Shown one piece after another: positions 38,065 through 45,736 of a DNA stretch of 62,771 bases. Position numbers and translations under genes: made by a program. The notes under the pieces are model-generated. The model worked only from the letters and a program-made list of their open reading frames with translations, was not told the DNA's origin and made no database searches. The number at the start of each line of letters is the position of its first letter. Position 1 is the first letter of the stretch. The stretch covers positions 1-62,771 of IMG/VR virus record IMGVR_UViG_3300036980_000377; one strand, given 5' to 3'. The stretch is from a virus. Taxonomy: Duplodnaviria > Caudoviricetes.

Positions 38065-38236
38065 GTGCTGTAACTCGCACTGGGAATTATGCTATGAAGA
38101 TGGAGAGTGGTCGCTCGAATGTGAAGGATGTGGAAAAAGTGCGGGCTCAACATTTAAAGTGGAGGGACCATCTCTTGAAGGCTGTCAATGTGAGACCTGC
38201 AAGGCAGAAGGAAGTAAACCTCCTTCACGACACTAA
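38033..38236 (+). CDS. small Cys-rich protein
   Basis: GAGGG RBS; CC, CEGC, CETC. Confidence 0.55.
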   Translation: MSEQKLYVHSKCCNSHWELCYEDGEWSLECEGCGKSAGSTFKVEGPSLEGCQCETCKAEGSKPPSRH

Positions 38237-38432
38237 GTGTCCTCTTTGTGGTAAGCCCCAAAGAGTGAATCAAACATATACGACAACTATTTGTGAAGGT
38301 CAAGAGTGTACACGATGTAGGGGAAAGTTTGTCTCGATATATATTTTAGGTTTTTGTAATTTATGTTCAAACAGAGTTGAATGTTTACCTTTTCCAACGA
38401 TTGAATTTTTATACGACGCTTCTGTGGAGTAG
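38052..38432 (+). CDS. Cys-rich paralog family member (true start probably near 38190)
   Basis: CPLC...CTRC...CNLCSNRVECL. Confidence 0.6.
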   Translation: MFTVSAVTRTGNYAMKMESGRSNVKDVEKVRAQHLKWRDHLLKAVNVRPARQKEVNLLHDTKCPLCGKPQRVNQTYTTTICEGQECTRCRGKFVSIYILGFCNLCSNRVECLPFPTIEFLYDASVE

Positions 38433-38497
38433 CTCAATGGCAGAGTCCCCGACTGTTAATCGGGTTGTTGAAGGTTCGAGCCCTTCCTCCACAGCCA
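38423..38497 (+). tRNA. tRNA-Asn(GTT)
   Basis: CCCGA-CTGTTAA-TCGGG; CCA. Confidence 0.92.
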
Positions 38498-38751
38498 GTT
38501 GGAACATTAAAACAGGTCTAGCTGGAGTTAGTTCATATCCGCTAGTTTACGTGCGAGACTGTCCATATTGTAATTACGAATTGGACATAGAGCAATTCTG
38601 GTTTGATGGACCCATTAAATGTGTCTTAGAGCTTTGTCGGTATTGCGAGCGAGAATTCATCGCGGTCTTTATAAAAACGGCATGTACAATTTGTGAACAC
38701 CGAATTGATTGCCTCTGTTGGAAGATGGTCTATATAGAGGAGACCAAGTGA
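38437..38751 (+). CDS. Cys-rich paralog family member (start uncertain: ATG inside tRNA-Asn or GTG 38551)
   Basis: CPYC...CRYC...CTICEHRIDCL. Confidence 0.6.
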   Translation: MAESPTVNRVVEGSSPSSTASWNIKTGLAGVSSYPLVYVRDCPYCNYELDIEQFWFDGPIKCVLELCRYCEREFIAVFIKTACTICEHRIDCLCWKMVYIEETK

Positions 38752-38984
38752 CTGAGTGGGAGTGCCCAATTTGCAACTCCCAGAAATGGGAACCAACAAA
38801 AGAACTTTGTGAATTTTCAACCATGGGATTTGGTAAAAGTGATCCCTCGGCGTGTATCAGACTCAAATGTCATAAGACTGGAAAATTTTACTATTTAGTA
38901 TTTAACAAGGTTGAATGTCTCGTATGTACTAATCCAGAGTATTGCGAGCCGTACCCAAAACAATTTAAGTTCCACAGTTATTAA
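38748..38984 (+). CDS. Cys-rich paralog family member
   Basis: GAGGAG RBS, GTGA overlap; CPIC...CLVCTNPEYC. Confidence 0.6.
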   Translation: MTEWECPICNSQKWEPTKELCEFSTMGFGKSDPSACIRLKCHKTGKFYYLVFNKVECLVCTNPEYCEPYPKQFKFHSY

Positions 38985-38985
38985 A

Positions 38986-39062
38986 GGGGCCCTAACTCAA
39001 TTTGGAAGAGTGTCGCCTTTGCACGGCGGAAGTTGAGGGTTCAAGTCCCTTGGGCTCCACCA
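38986..39062 (+). tRNA. tRNA-Ala(TGC)
   Basis: G3:U70 acceptor pair; TTTGCAC loop; CCA. Confidence 0.92.
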
Positions 39063-39107
39063 GATTTAAACAACTGTTTTACATGGTACTACTTATTCCA
39101 TTTTTAT

Positions 39108-39183
39108 GGTGGGTGTAGCCATTAGGTAAAGGCACTGGGATGTGGCCCCAGTAATGTGAGTTCGAGTCTCATCACTCACCCCA
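39108..39183 (+). tRNA. tRNA-His(GTG)
   Basis: G-1; CTGGG-ATGTGGC-CCCAG; CCA. Confidence 0.9.
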
Positions 39184-39186
39184 TAC

Positions 39187-39397
39187 GGGAGGGAGAAGGA
39201 TCTAAGTACGGAAGGGCTATACACGAATTGCCTAATGGCTCAGATAAGGCCTTTGGAAGGCTTTCAATCTCAGCGTCAGTAGCTGAAGCTTTTGACCTTC
39301 CAGCCTTTCTCAAACGTTAAGAGTTACGACCTCCGGGCGATATCAAAACTTACCACTTCGCACTTAGCTCTTCTCGAAAGGGTTCTTCAACCTCCCA
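39187..39397 (+). ncRNA. 6S-RNA-like long hairpin with central bubble
   Basis: Nested helices GAGAAGG/TCTTCTC, CTAAGT/ACTTAG, GAAG/CTTC, then a bubble, then AAGGC/GCCTT, TGGAAGG/CCTTCCA, TCAGC/GCTGA. Confidence 0.55.
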
Positions 39398-39419
39398 TCA
39401 CTTTTAAAGGAGAGAGACC

Positions 39420-39626
39420 ATGGCTGAAAAAGGAAAAAAAGGTAAAGAGGTTAAAGCGGTTGAGGAGCCCAAAAAGTCTTATGGGCGTGTGCGCCCTTGT
39501 AATTGTGAACACACCTTTCAGGATAAGGAGTACGGTAAAGGTATGAGGCTTCACACTGAGGCGAAAGGGGGCTCCGTAGACCAGGTTAAATACCGCTGCA
39601 CAGTCTGCCTGTCAATGAAAAGCTAA
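39420..39626 (+). CDS. small zinc-binding phage protein
   Basis: AAGGAG RBS; CNCEHTFQDKEYGKGMRLH...RCTVC. Confidence 0.7.
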   Translation: MAEKGKKGKEVKAVEEPKKSYGRVRPCNCEHTFQDKEYGKGMRLHTEAKGGSVDQVKYRCTVCLSMKS

Positions 39627-39719
39627 AAATGTTTTATAACTTTTTTATGGCCGGATCAATACTCTTAGTAATTACTCTAGGAGTATACGGCTACACAAAA
39701 TGTTAGGGGGTTTAAGTTT

Positions 39720-40238
39720 ATGGTCATCGCCGAAGCACTAAACGAAATTAAAGACTTGGAGAAGCGTCGTCGGGATATCCAAACCAAGCTTCGTGGAAAC
39801 ATTTATATCCTCCCAGATCTCGAGGAAGGAGAGAAGCCGGATTCTTTGGAAGTTCAAATGGCTGAGCTTCAAGAAGTCGTCGCTAAAATCTCCGACTTGA
39901 GAATGCGTCTTATCAATACGAACGTGGCAACTAAAGTAGAGGTTGCGGACGCTGGGGGATTAAAAGTTACTATGACGTTAGTAAAGGCAATCAAGCACAT
40001 TGAGAATTGTCGGTACTATGAGACACAACTTAATGAGATTGCTGACGCTATGGAGAATAAAGGTTCCCGCTTCTATGATCGCGGCAACTACATGTCTCAA
40101 GGTGAGCCTATCAAGTTGGCTCCCAATTTTCAAACAACGTCCAAAGTCCTTAGACTGAGATCTCAGGCACACCGCGAAGATGCCCGCCGGACGGAACAAG
40201 CTTTAATTAAGGCGAATTGGAGTACGCCGATCGTATGA
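39720..40238 (+). CDS. coiled-coil protein, DIP1984-like
   Basis: MxIAEAL N-terminus, INTN, IKANWST C-terminus. Confidence 0.6.
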   Translation: MVIAEALNEIKDLEKRRRDIQTKLRGNIYILPDLEEGEKPDSLEVQMAELQEVVAKISDLRMRLINTNVATKVEVADAGGLKVTMTLVKAIKHIENCRYYETQLNEIADAMENKGSRFYDRGNYMSQGEPIKLAPNFQTTSKVLRLRSQAHREDARRTEQALIKANWSTPIV

Positions 40239-40252
40239 GCGAAGAGAAAAAA

Positions 40253-40328
40253 TGGGGAGTAGCTCAACTGGTAGAGCGCCGTCCTTTGGAGTCGGATGTT
40301 GGAGGTTCAAGTCCTTCCTCTCCAGCCA
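40253..40328 (+). tRNA. tRNA-Gln(TTG)
   Basis: U1-A72; CTTTGGA loop; CCA. Confidence 0.9.
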
Positions 40329-40518
40329 TTATCATTACAACTTTAAGACCAGAGTTCCTTGATTGTATTCCTCAAGACTCAATAGGTGTACTTGAAAAGG
40401 AGTTCGGAAGATTCAAAACTAAGTGGATATCCATTCTACCGATCACAAAAGCGATGTTAGACGAAGGGATTAAACCCGGTGATTTATTTACATCTGGATA
40501 TTTTTATATGGATTAAAA

Positions 40519-40595
40519 GCCAGCGTAGCTCAGCAGGCCAGAGCGGAAGTTTTGTAAACTTCGGGTCGGGGGTTCGATTCCTCTCGCTGGCTCCA
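40519..40595 (+). tRNA. tRNA-Thr(TGT)
   Basis: GAAGT-TTTGTAA-ACTTC; CCA. Confidence 0.92.
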
Positions 40596-40606
40596 CCCCA
40601 ATAACA

Positions 40607-40789
40607 ATGTTATCAAACTTGAAAATACAATGTCACCATTGCTTACGTGAGAGGGTAACCTTACGTGAGCATATGCAGTTGGGTGGAATCTGTCCCGCGT
40701 GTAATAAATACATAGTGATAGACTTTGAAAATGTACCGTTAGATGAACTTATAAAGGCGATCATTAATTTAGAAACTGGGCCGGTGTAA
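40607..40789 (+). CDS. small zinc-ribbon protein
   Basis: CHHC...CPAC. Confidence 0.5.
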   Translation: MLSNLKIQCHHCLRERVTLREHMQLGGICPACNKYIVIDFENVPLDELIKAIINLETGPV

Positions 40790-40853
40790 CCAAATGGCCG
40801 GGTGTTAGGTTGCAACCCTAACTACGCAGGTTCGATTCCTGTCGCCGGCTCCA
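40780..40853 (+). tRNA. tRNA-Cys(GCA)
   Basis: TTAGG-TTGCAAC-CCTAA; U73; CCA. Confidence 0.9.
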
Positions 40854-40865
40854 AAAGGAACTATT

Positions 40866-41060
40866 ATGCTATGTCAGAGTTGCGAATTGCGCGAAGCTAC
40901 TCAGTCCTTCGCGCAGGATGAAATGAGTTTCATTCATGGAATGTCTCAACAGTGGTGTGATCACTGCGTTATCTCTACTCAACTAGATTTCGCGCGAAAG
41001 TCCGCTGAAAGAATTCCCGAGCTTGAAGAAGCGTTACGTAAATTAAATGAGCCCGAGTAG
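40866..41060 (+). CDS. small zinc-finger protein
   Basis: AAGGA RBS; CQSC...CDHC. Confidence 0.55.
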   Translation: MLCQSCELREATQSFAQDEMSFIHGMSQQWCDHCVISTQLDFARKSAERIPELEEALRKLNEPE

Positions 41061-41136
41061 CCGAATAGGTATAGGCGTCTGGTTGAGGGCCAGATACTCC
41101 TGGAGTGTGTAGGTTCAAGTCCTATCTCGGGCACCA
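41051..41136 (+). tRNA. tRNA-Leu(GAG)
   Basis: TCTGG-TTGAGGG-CCAGA; long variable arm; CCA. Confidence 0.9.
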
Positions 41137-41152
41137 ATATTATGAGGATTTA

Positions 41153-41413
41153 ATGCCCCTGCTACATTGCAATTCCTGTCACCATGAATGGGAAGGTCGA
41201 CTTAACTCTAAGTGTGACTGGTGTGGAGACTCGGGAAATGTCCTGGAAGAGAAGACTTCTTTGGAAAGGTTTATGGAGGGGGACTTAAAGGGTTTTATTG
41301 AGCGTTGGAAAAAGGAACGCTTGAATATCAAACCCGAACCAATTTTTGGTGAGACTATCAGAGGTGCAATCCGAATCGTTCGGGACTTCAAGGCGAGACG
41401 TAAAAAGGATTAG
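41153..41413 (+). CDS. small zinc-ribbon protein
   Basis: GAGG RBS; CNSCHHEWEG...CDWC. Confidence 0.6.
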   Translation: MPLLHCNSCHHEWEGRLNSKCDWCGDSGNVLEEKTSLERFMEGDLKGFIERWKKERLNIKPEPIFGETIRGAIRIVRDFKARRKKD

Positions 41414-41498
41414 CTCGGGTGGTGGAATCAGGCAGACACATCTGGTTTAAGCCCAGATGCCGAAAGGCGTGCGGGTTCAACTCCCGCCTCGAGCACCA
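41413..41498 (+). tRNA. tRNA-Leu(TAA)
   Basis: TCTGG-TTTAAGC-CCAGA; variable arm; CCA. Confidence 0.92.
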
Positions 41499-41813
41499 AT
41501 GAAAAGAAAACATAAACTACATACGATGGAGTGGTGGTTTGTTAAGAGCAGACAAATCCCGATTCATTTTAAATGTCCATGTTGTAGTAAAAGGATTGAA
41601 TACAACGTGAACGTTTTTTGGAGCCACAGTATGTTGAATGTTTGCCCACATTGCTCTCAAGAATTTAACCTTTGCTTTGATTGCGGGTGCCCATGTCGAG
41701 ATCGGCTTGATTGTTTAACGATTCCAAGCGTTGGATCCATTTGGGTTGATCCCGTCTTTATTCATTATATATGCGATGATCCGTGGATTAAAAAACAGCA
41801 GGCTCTCAAGTAG
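41499..41813 (+). CDS. Cys-rich paralog family member
   Basis: ATG directly after the tRNA CCA; CPCC...CPHC...CPCRDRLDCL. Confidence 0.65.
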   Translation: MKRKHKLHTMEWWFVKSRQIPIHFKCPCCSKRIEYNVNVFWSHSMLNVCPHCSQEFNLCFDCGCPCRDRLDCLTIPSVGSIWVDPVFIHYICDDPWIKKQQALK

Positions 41814-42052
41814 TGCAAATAAGAGTCTATTGCCCCCACTGTGAAGAGTTAGAAGTTCGCAACTTCGACTTTCGCGGGTGGATGAAAAACGAAAAATGCT
41901 TTCAAGTTTATTGTTTAAGAACCCGAATTCCATATAAAATAGTTTTTGATCGAGTCCATTGTCTTATATGTAACTGTGAGGATAAAAAAGTGAGCCCAGC
42001 GAAGAAAACCAAAAAACAGTCCCGTAAGTGGGCTCGTAACTCAACAGGTTAG
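41813..42052 (+). CDS. Cys-rich family member (divergent)
   Basis: CPHC...YKIVFDRVHCLIC, similar to 38748 and 48111. Confidence 0.55.
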   Translation: MQIRVYCPHCEELEVRNFDFRGWMKNEKCFQVYCLRTRIPYKIVFDRVHCLICNCEDKKVSPAKKTKKQSRKWARNSTG

Positions 42053-42105
42053 AGTACATGACTTTTAATCATGAAGCGGAGGTTCGAGTCCTCCCGGGCC
42101 TACCA
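42030..42105 (+). tRNA. tRNA-Lys(TTT)
   Basis: CATGA-CTTTTAA-TCATG; CCA. Confidence 0.92.
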
Positions 42106-42120
42106 ATAAGGAATTAAGAA

Positions 42121-42369
42121 ATGCGACTCAATGTGTGTAAGAAATGTCCAGATAGAGACGCGGAGTGTCTTTCTGAGGGAGAGTGTAGACACAAATTTTG
42201 TGTCGTATGTGCATTTCACCGCCGAAAGCTTTTCTTTTGGCATAAATGTTGCTCACCCCAGCTTTGCCATGCAATAACTGGACGAGCTAAAATGAGTTGT
42301 CATGAAGCACGAAAGTGGAGTTCAAATTGTGGCCATGAAGGTAACCTTTTTAAGTTGAGAGGAACTTAA
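42121..42369 (+). CDS. Cys-rich protein
   Basis: AAGGA RBS; CKKCPDRDAECL. Confidence 0.55.
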   Translation: MRLNVCKKCPDRDAECLSEGECRHKFCVVCAFHRRKLFFWHKCCSPQLCHAITGRAKMSCHEARKWSSNCGHEGNLFKLRGT

Positions 42370-42560
42370 TGAAATCCCCATATGTAGGCACATTTGTCGG
42401 TTGGACTGACAAAGCAATTGAGTGTTTGGTTCAAGCAAGTGGTGTAGCTCGAGCTGCTCGTGATGATGAGGTAGAGGCTCTTATAGACCAGGCAAGAAAC
42501 TTGCTTCATAAAGCTAGGCAAAAAGCAAGCGATCAACCTGAATCAAAAAAGGTCCTGTAG
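42369..42560 (+). CDS. hypothetical protein
   Basis: GAGG RBS; TAATG coupling. Confidence 0.55.
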   Translation: MKSPYVGTFVGWTDKAIECLVQASGVARAARDDEVEALIDQARNLLHKARQKASDQPESKKVL

Positions 42561-42625
42561 CTCAACGGTTAGAGCAGACTCCTTATAAGGGTCAGACTTA
42601 GGTTCAACTCCTAACGGGACTACCA
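42551..42625 (+). tRNA. tRNA-Ile(TAT)
   Basis: GACTC-CTTATAA-GGGTC; A73; CCA. Confidence 0.88.
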
Positions 42626-42626
42626 A

Positions 42627-42702
42627 GCCCCCGTAGTTCAGAGGATAGAACAACTGCCTTCTAAGCAGTAAGTCGCAAGTTCGAGTCTTGCCGGGGGTGC
42701 CA
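42627..42702 (+). tRNA. tRNA-Arg(TCT)
   Basis: ACTGC-CTTCTAA-GCAGT; CCA. Confidence 0.92.
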
Positions 42703-42708
42703 AATATT

Positions 42709-42787
42709 GAGCCCACATGTTCCAAGGACTTGGCGAGTTGGTCTCCAAAACCGACTGTGGTAGGTTCGATTCCTACTGGGTTCGCCA
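42709..42787 (+). tRNA. tRNA-Trp(CCA) with atypical D arm
   Basis: TTGGT-CTCCAAA-ACCGA; G73; CCA. Confidence 0.82.
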
Positions 42788-42788
42788 T

Positions 42789-42862
42789 AGTCCCGTAGCT
42801 CAATGGTAGAGCGCGCGGCTGATAACCGTGATACACAAGTTCGACTCTTGTCGGGACTACCA
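42789..42862 (+). tRNA. tRNA-Ile(GAT)
   Basis: CGCGG-CTGATAA-CCGTG; CCA. Confidence 0.92.
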
Positions 42863-42872
42863 AATTTTTATT

Positions 42873-43088
42873 ATGGGAAAGTCATACACAGGAAGACCCT
42901 TATGTGATGTCTACTGGCACTTCAGAGATGGACTGCCTTGGAGAAGACATTACAAACCATATTACAAGCCGAGTAAGTGGTTTAAGAAGTTACGCATCGC
43001 CAGAGTCAGAGCTCAAGAGAAGCAAGCTCTTAGGAGGGGACGAGAACTTCCCGTTAATAGGAAGGTTGATATTTGGAATTGGAATTAG
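42873..43088 (+). CDS. small basic protein
   Basis: KPSKWFKK...RAQEKQALR...WNWN. Confidence 0.55.
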   Translation: MGKSYTGRPLCDVYWHFRDGLPWRRHYKPYYKPSKWFKKLRIARVRAQEKQALRRGRELPVNRKVDIWNWN

Positions 43089-43172
43089 GAGGAGTGGCCG
43101 AGTGGTTAAAAGCGGCGGGCTGTAAACCCGCTCTCTCTGAGTTCGGAGGTTCGAATCCTTCCTCCTCCACCA
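43088..43172 (+). tRNA. tRNA-Tyr(GTA)
   Basis: GCGGG-CTGTAAA-CCCGC; variable arm; CCA. Confidence 0.92.
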
Positions 43173-43176
43173 CTTT

Positions 43177-43476
43177 ATGACAACAAGAATTAATGAACCA
43201 CATGGCACTTGGTATTGGGAGGCCACGGCCAAGAATAAATCGTATGAATGGAATCCTCCCGGCTTCCCTAGTACCCAACGACAGTGCTTTTCGTGGAAGT
43301 GGAAGACGAATTTAAAACAGAACTGCGAGACCTGCAAATTACGAGTCGAGTGCCTAACAGTTGAAAGCTCGAAGTGCTCGATGATTTTAGAAACGCGGAT
43401 CACTTTGAGTGAAATTACTGGTATGGTAGATGAGTACGAAGGCTTTAAAAGATTTCCATATGAGGTGAAAGAATGA
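43177..43476 (+). CDS. protein with CxxC-x5-C motif
   Basis: CETCKLRVECL. Confidence 0.6.
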   Translation: MTTRINEPHGTWYWEATAKNKSYEWNPPGFPSTQRQCFSWKWKTNLKQNCETCKLRVECLTVESSKCSMILETRITLSEITGMVDEYEGFKRFPYEVKE

Positions 43477-43646
43477 TCTGGATGTGCAAAGTGTGCAAAG
43501 GAAAAGAGTCCGCTTGGAGTTTACCTGGAGAGGAAGAGGTTATTCTTTATTGTAATGAATGTAAAGAGGAGAGACCGTTTGAGCGGTGGAAGCATGGTCC
43601 ATCTAAAGAAGCTGAAACGGAAGATGTTTTTCTGATAGAATAAATT

Positions 43647-43734
43647 GGAGGGATGGCCGAGTACGGCTTAAGGCGGCGGTCTTGAAAACCGCAGGGTGGA
43701 AGCCCCGTGGGTTCGAATCCTACTCCCTCCGCCA
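43647..43734 (+). tRNA. tRNA-Ser(TGA)
   Basis: GCGGT-CTTGAAA-ACCGC; variable arm; G73; CCA. Confidence 0.92.
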
Positions 43735-43739
43735 ATCTT

Positions 43740-43814
43740 CGTGGAAGTACAACGGACAAGGCTCTGGCTCGTAATCAATCGAGGTGGGAAGCGAGTGGTT
43801 GACCAACTTCCACG
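43740..43814 (+). ncRNA. unassigned 75-nt structured RNA between tRNA genes
   Basis: 9-bp closing stem CGTGGAAGT/ACTTCCACG; internal CAAC/GTTG and CTCG/CGAG. Confidence 0.4.
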
Positions 43815-43832
43815 TTAGTTAAATGAAAATAT

Positions 43833-43910
43833 GGCGAGATAGCTCAGTTGAGGTAGAGCGCGGGCCTGAAGAGTCCGGCGGCCTTGGTTCAACTCCAAGT
43901 CTCGCCACCA
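43833..43910 (+). tRNA. tRNA-Phe(GAA)
   Basis: CGGGC-CTGAAGA-GTCCG; CCA. Confidence 0.9.
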
Positions 43911-43918
43911 GCTTATGC

Positions 43919-44005
43919 GGAGAGTTGGCCGAGCGGTTGATGGCAACGGTTTGCTAAACCGTCGAGGTAATACTCACGCAGGTTCGAATCCTGCACTCTC
44001 CGCCA
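43919..44005 (+). tRNA. tRNA-Ser(GCT)
   Basis: ACGGT-TTGCTAA-ACCGT; variable arm; CCA. Confidence 0.92.
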
Positions 44006-44018
44006 ACTAATAGTCATT

Positions 44019-44102
44019 GGGAGTGTGGCGGAATGGCAGACGCGCTAGCCTTAGGAGCTAGTAGAGAAATCTGTGGGGGTTCAAGTCCCCCCTCTCCCAC
44101 CA
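44019..44102 (+). tRNA. tRNA-Leu(TAG)
   Basis: CTAGC-CTTAGGA-GCTAG; variable arm; CCA. Confidence 0.92.
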
Positions 44103-44476
44103 TGAAACAATTGAAACTTTTTGAAATGGATGAAATTCCTTTCTTTCCACCGAATCTTAAGCCAGGGCGAAAGACTGGTAGACTCGAAAGAGTATTTACC
44201 TGTCCTCAATGTGACGCTATTTTGTTTCTATCTTATGACGTGGACGAAATCGTCCACGGTATCTTTCGGGGGTGGTCAAATCCAAAGAAAAGTTGTTATC
44301 ACTGGGCATGTCAACACTGTAAACACAAATTCGTTTTAATGTCTTCCCGCTCTAAGTGTGAAATATGCAAAGACCGCGCTGACTGTTTATTACATGGAAC
44401 CGCGGAAATAATTACACGGAAAGTGTATAAACCCTACTCAACTATAAAACCTAAACGTTCGACAGTGTGGGAATAA
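44102..44476 (+). CDS. Cys-rich paralog family member
   Basis: ATG shares the final A of the tRNA CCA; CPQC...CQHC...CEICKDRADCL. Confidence 0.65.
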   Translation: MKQLKLFEMDEIPFFPPNLKPGRKTGRLERVFTCPQCDAILFLSYDVDEIVHGIFRGWSNPKKSCYHWACQHCKHKFVLMSSRSKCEICKDRADCLLHGTAEIITRKVYKPYSTIKPKRSTVWE

Positions 44477-44614
44477 TGTCCGCTCTTCATTATTTAATTT
44501 TTGGAGAATGGCCCACAGTGCAACAACTGCAAGTTAATCTTATTGTATATCTTATCATTTTGGCGTTGCTCTCACCTTTAATATTTCATATTATAAAGAA
44601 GGAAATGAAGTCAA

Positions 44615-44857
44615 ATGGTAAATCAAAGGATAACAACGGATAGAGACAAAGCCGTTTCTCTTGCTCAGTCCATGAGAGGACAGTATATTATCTCTCAAGC
44701 ACTTTGTCTTGCTATTAGGTCTATTAACTGCAGACCTGATGAACTACAAGAACCTTCAAACGTTGCGGATATGGAATTTCTAGTTCAACACCTCTTCCCG
44801 ATTTACAGAGTTGTTGAATCTTCAGAAGAACAGTTCCAGCAAGGTCTAGGGAGATAA
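44615..44857 (+). CDS. hypothetical phage protein
   Basis: RGQYIISQAL...EPSNVADM. Confidence 0.6.
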   Translation: MVNQRITTDRDKAVSLAQSMRGQYIISQALCLAIRSINCRPDELQEPSNVADMEFLVQHLFPIYRVVESSEEQFQQGLGR

Positions 44858-44860
44858 GCT

Positions 44861-45682
44861 ATGGGCCTTGATGTTTATCTATACTACTATACTGACTTTG
44901 AGAAATCCCAACAGCTTGAAGCTGAATATGAGGAACGCTCAAATATTATCTATGCTGAGTATGGCGGATACGACGCCATGTCACAAGCTCAGAAAGACGA
45001 AGCGTACGTTCGTTGTGAGCAGCTTGGAAAAGAGCTAGGGCTGAATAATTGGGGTACTGATGAAACATTCAAACAAAGAATTGAGCTTCAGTCGGAGCTC
45101 CATCCTGATGAGAACTTGTTCAAGATCGGATATTTCCGCAGCTCTTACAACTCTGGTGGAATCGATCGAATACTTGACACGAATTGCGGTGGTAAATCCC
45201 TCTCCTGGATTTTCGGTGTTAGTGATGACTATTGCGTACGACCAGACTGGGAGTCAAGCCGTAAACGAGCTGAAGAGACCCTAGAAGAACTTCAAAACCA
45301 TATCGCGAGGTATGGAAGTTTAAAAATCGAACGAATCGACTTGTATGGATCCCCAAAGAGCAAGGCACCCGGAAGTGACGAAGAAGCAATGGCTTTGGTT
45401 CAAAAGCACATTGAGCAACAAGTTTCACAGTCGAGATCGTCATTTGGCTCTTATAGTTCAAGCGAAGGGTGGTTTTTTCTGGATGAACCTCGACCTGTCA
45501 CTGCTCTTATTCCGGGAACTTCAAGTATATTCGGTAAGACGGTGCCCTGTTTATATGCGGTATTCAAAGCGGAAGATTCATTTGTTTTCTACCGTAACGC
45601 ATTAGAAATAATTATTGAAACAATTGATTATGTTTTAGCCCAACCAGATCCAGAAAAGTATGTCTTACACTGGAGTGGTTAA
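44861..45682 (+). CDS. conserved hypothetical phage protein
   Basis: GGAG RBS; MGLDVYL...GYFRSSYN. Confidence 0.7.
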   Translation: MGLDVYLYYYTDFEKSQQLEAEYEERSNIIYAEYGGYDAMSQAQKDEAYVRCEQLGKELGLNNWGTDETFKQRIELQSELHPDENLFKIGYFRSSYNSGGIDRILDTNCGGKSLSWIFGVSDDYCVRPDWESSRKRAEETLEELQNHIARYGSLKIERIDLYGSPKSKAPGSDEEAMALVQKHIEQQVSQSRSSFGSYSSSEGWFFLDEPRPVTALIPGTSSIFGKTVPCLYAVFKAEDSFVFYRNALEIIIETIDYVLAQPDPEKYVLHWSG

Positions 45683-45736
45683 ATCGTTAAACACTGAGGA
45701 GGAGTGGGGTGTGACTAATTTTGGAGGTCACGCTGA

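Noticed and set aside
39292-39546. 84-aa ORF overlapping the 6S-like RNA
   Set aside because: No RBS, and it overlaps the better supported gene 39420..39626
43647-43734. tRNA with TGA anticodon as a UGA decoder
   Set aside because: Anticodon UGA reads Ser UCA codons; a UGA decoder would need anticodon UCA
42543-43759. Minus-strand ORFs such as 42543..42863, 42990..43403 and 43547..43759
   Set aside because: They are antisense translations of tRNA genes; the other minus-strand ORFs also shadow + strand genes
43740-43814. tRNA-Sec (GGAAG...CTTCC ends)
   Set aside because: No UCA anticodon arm, T-loop or long variable arm
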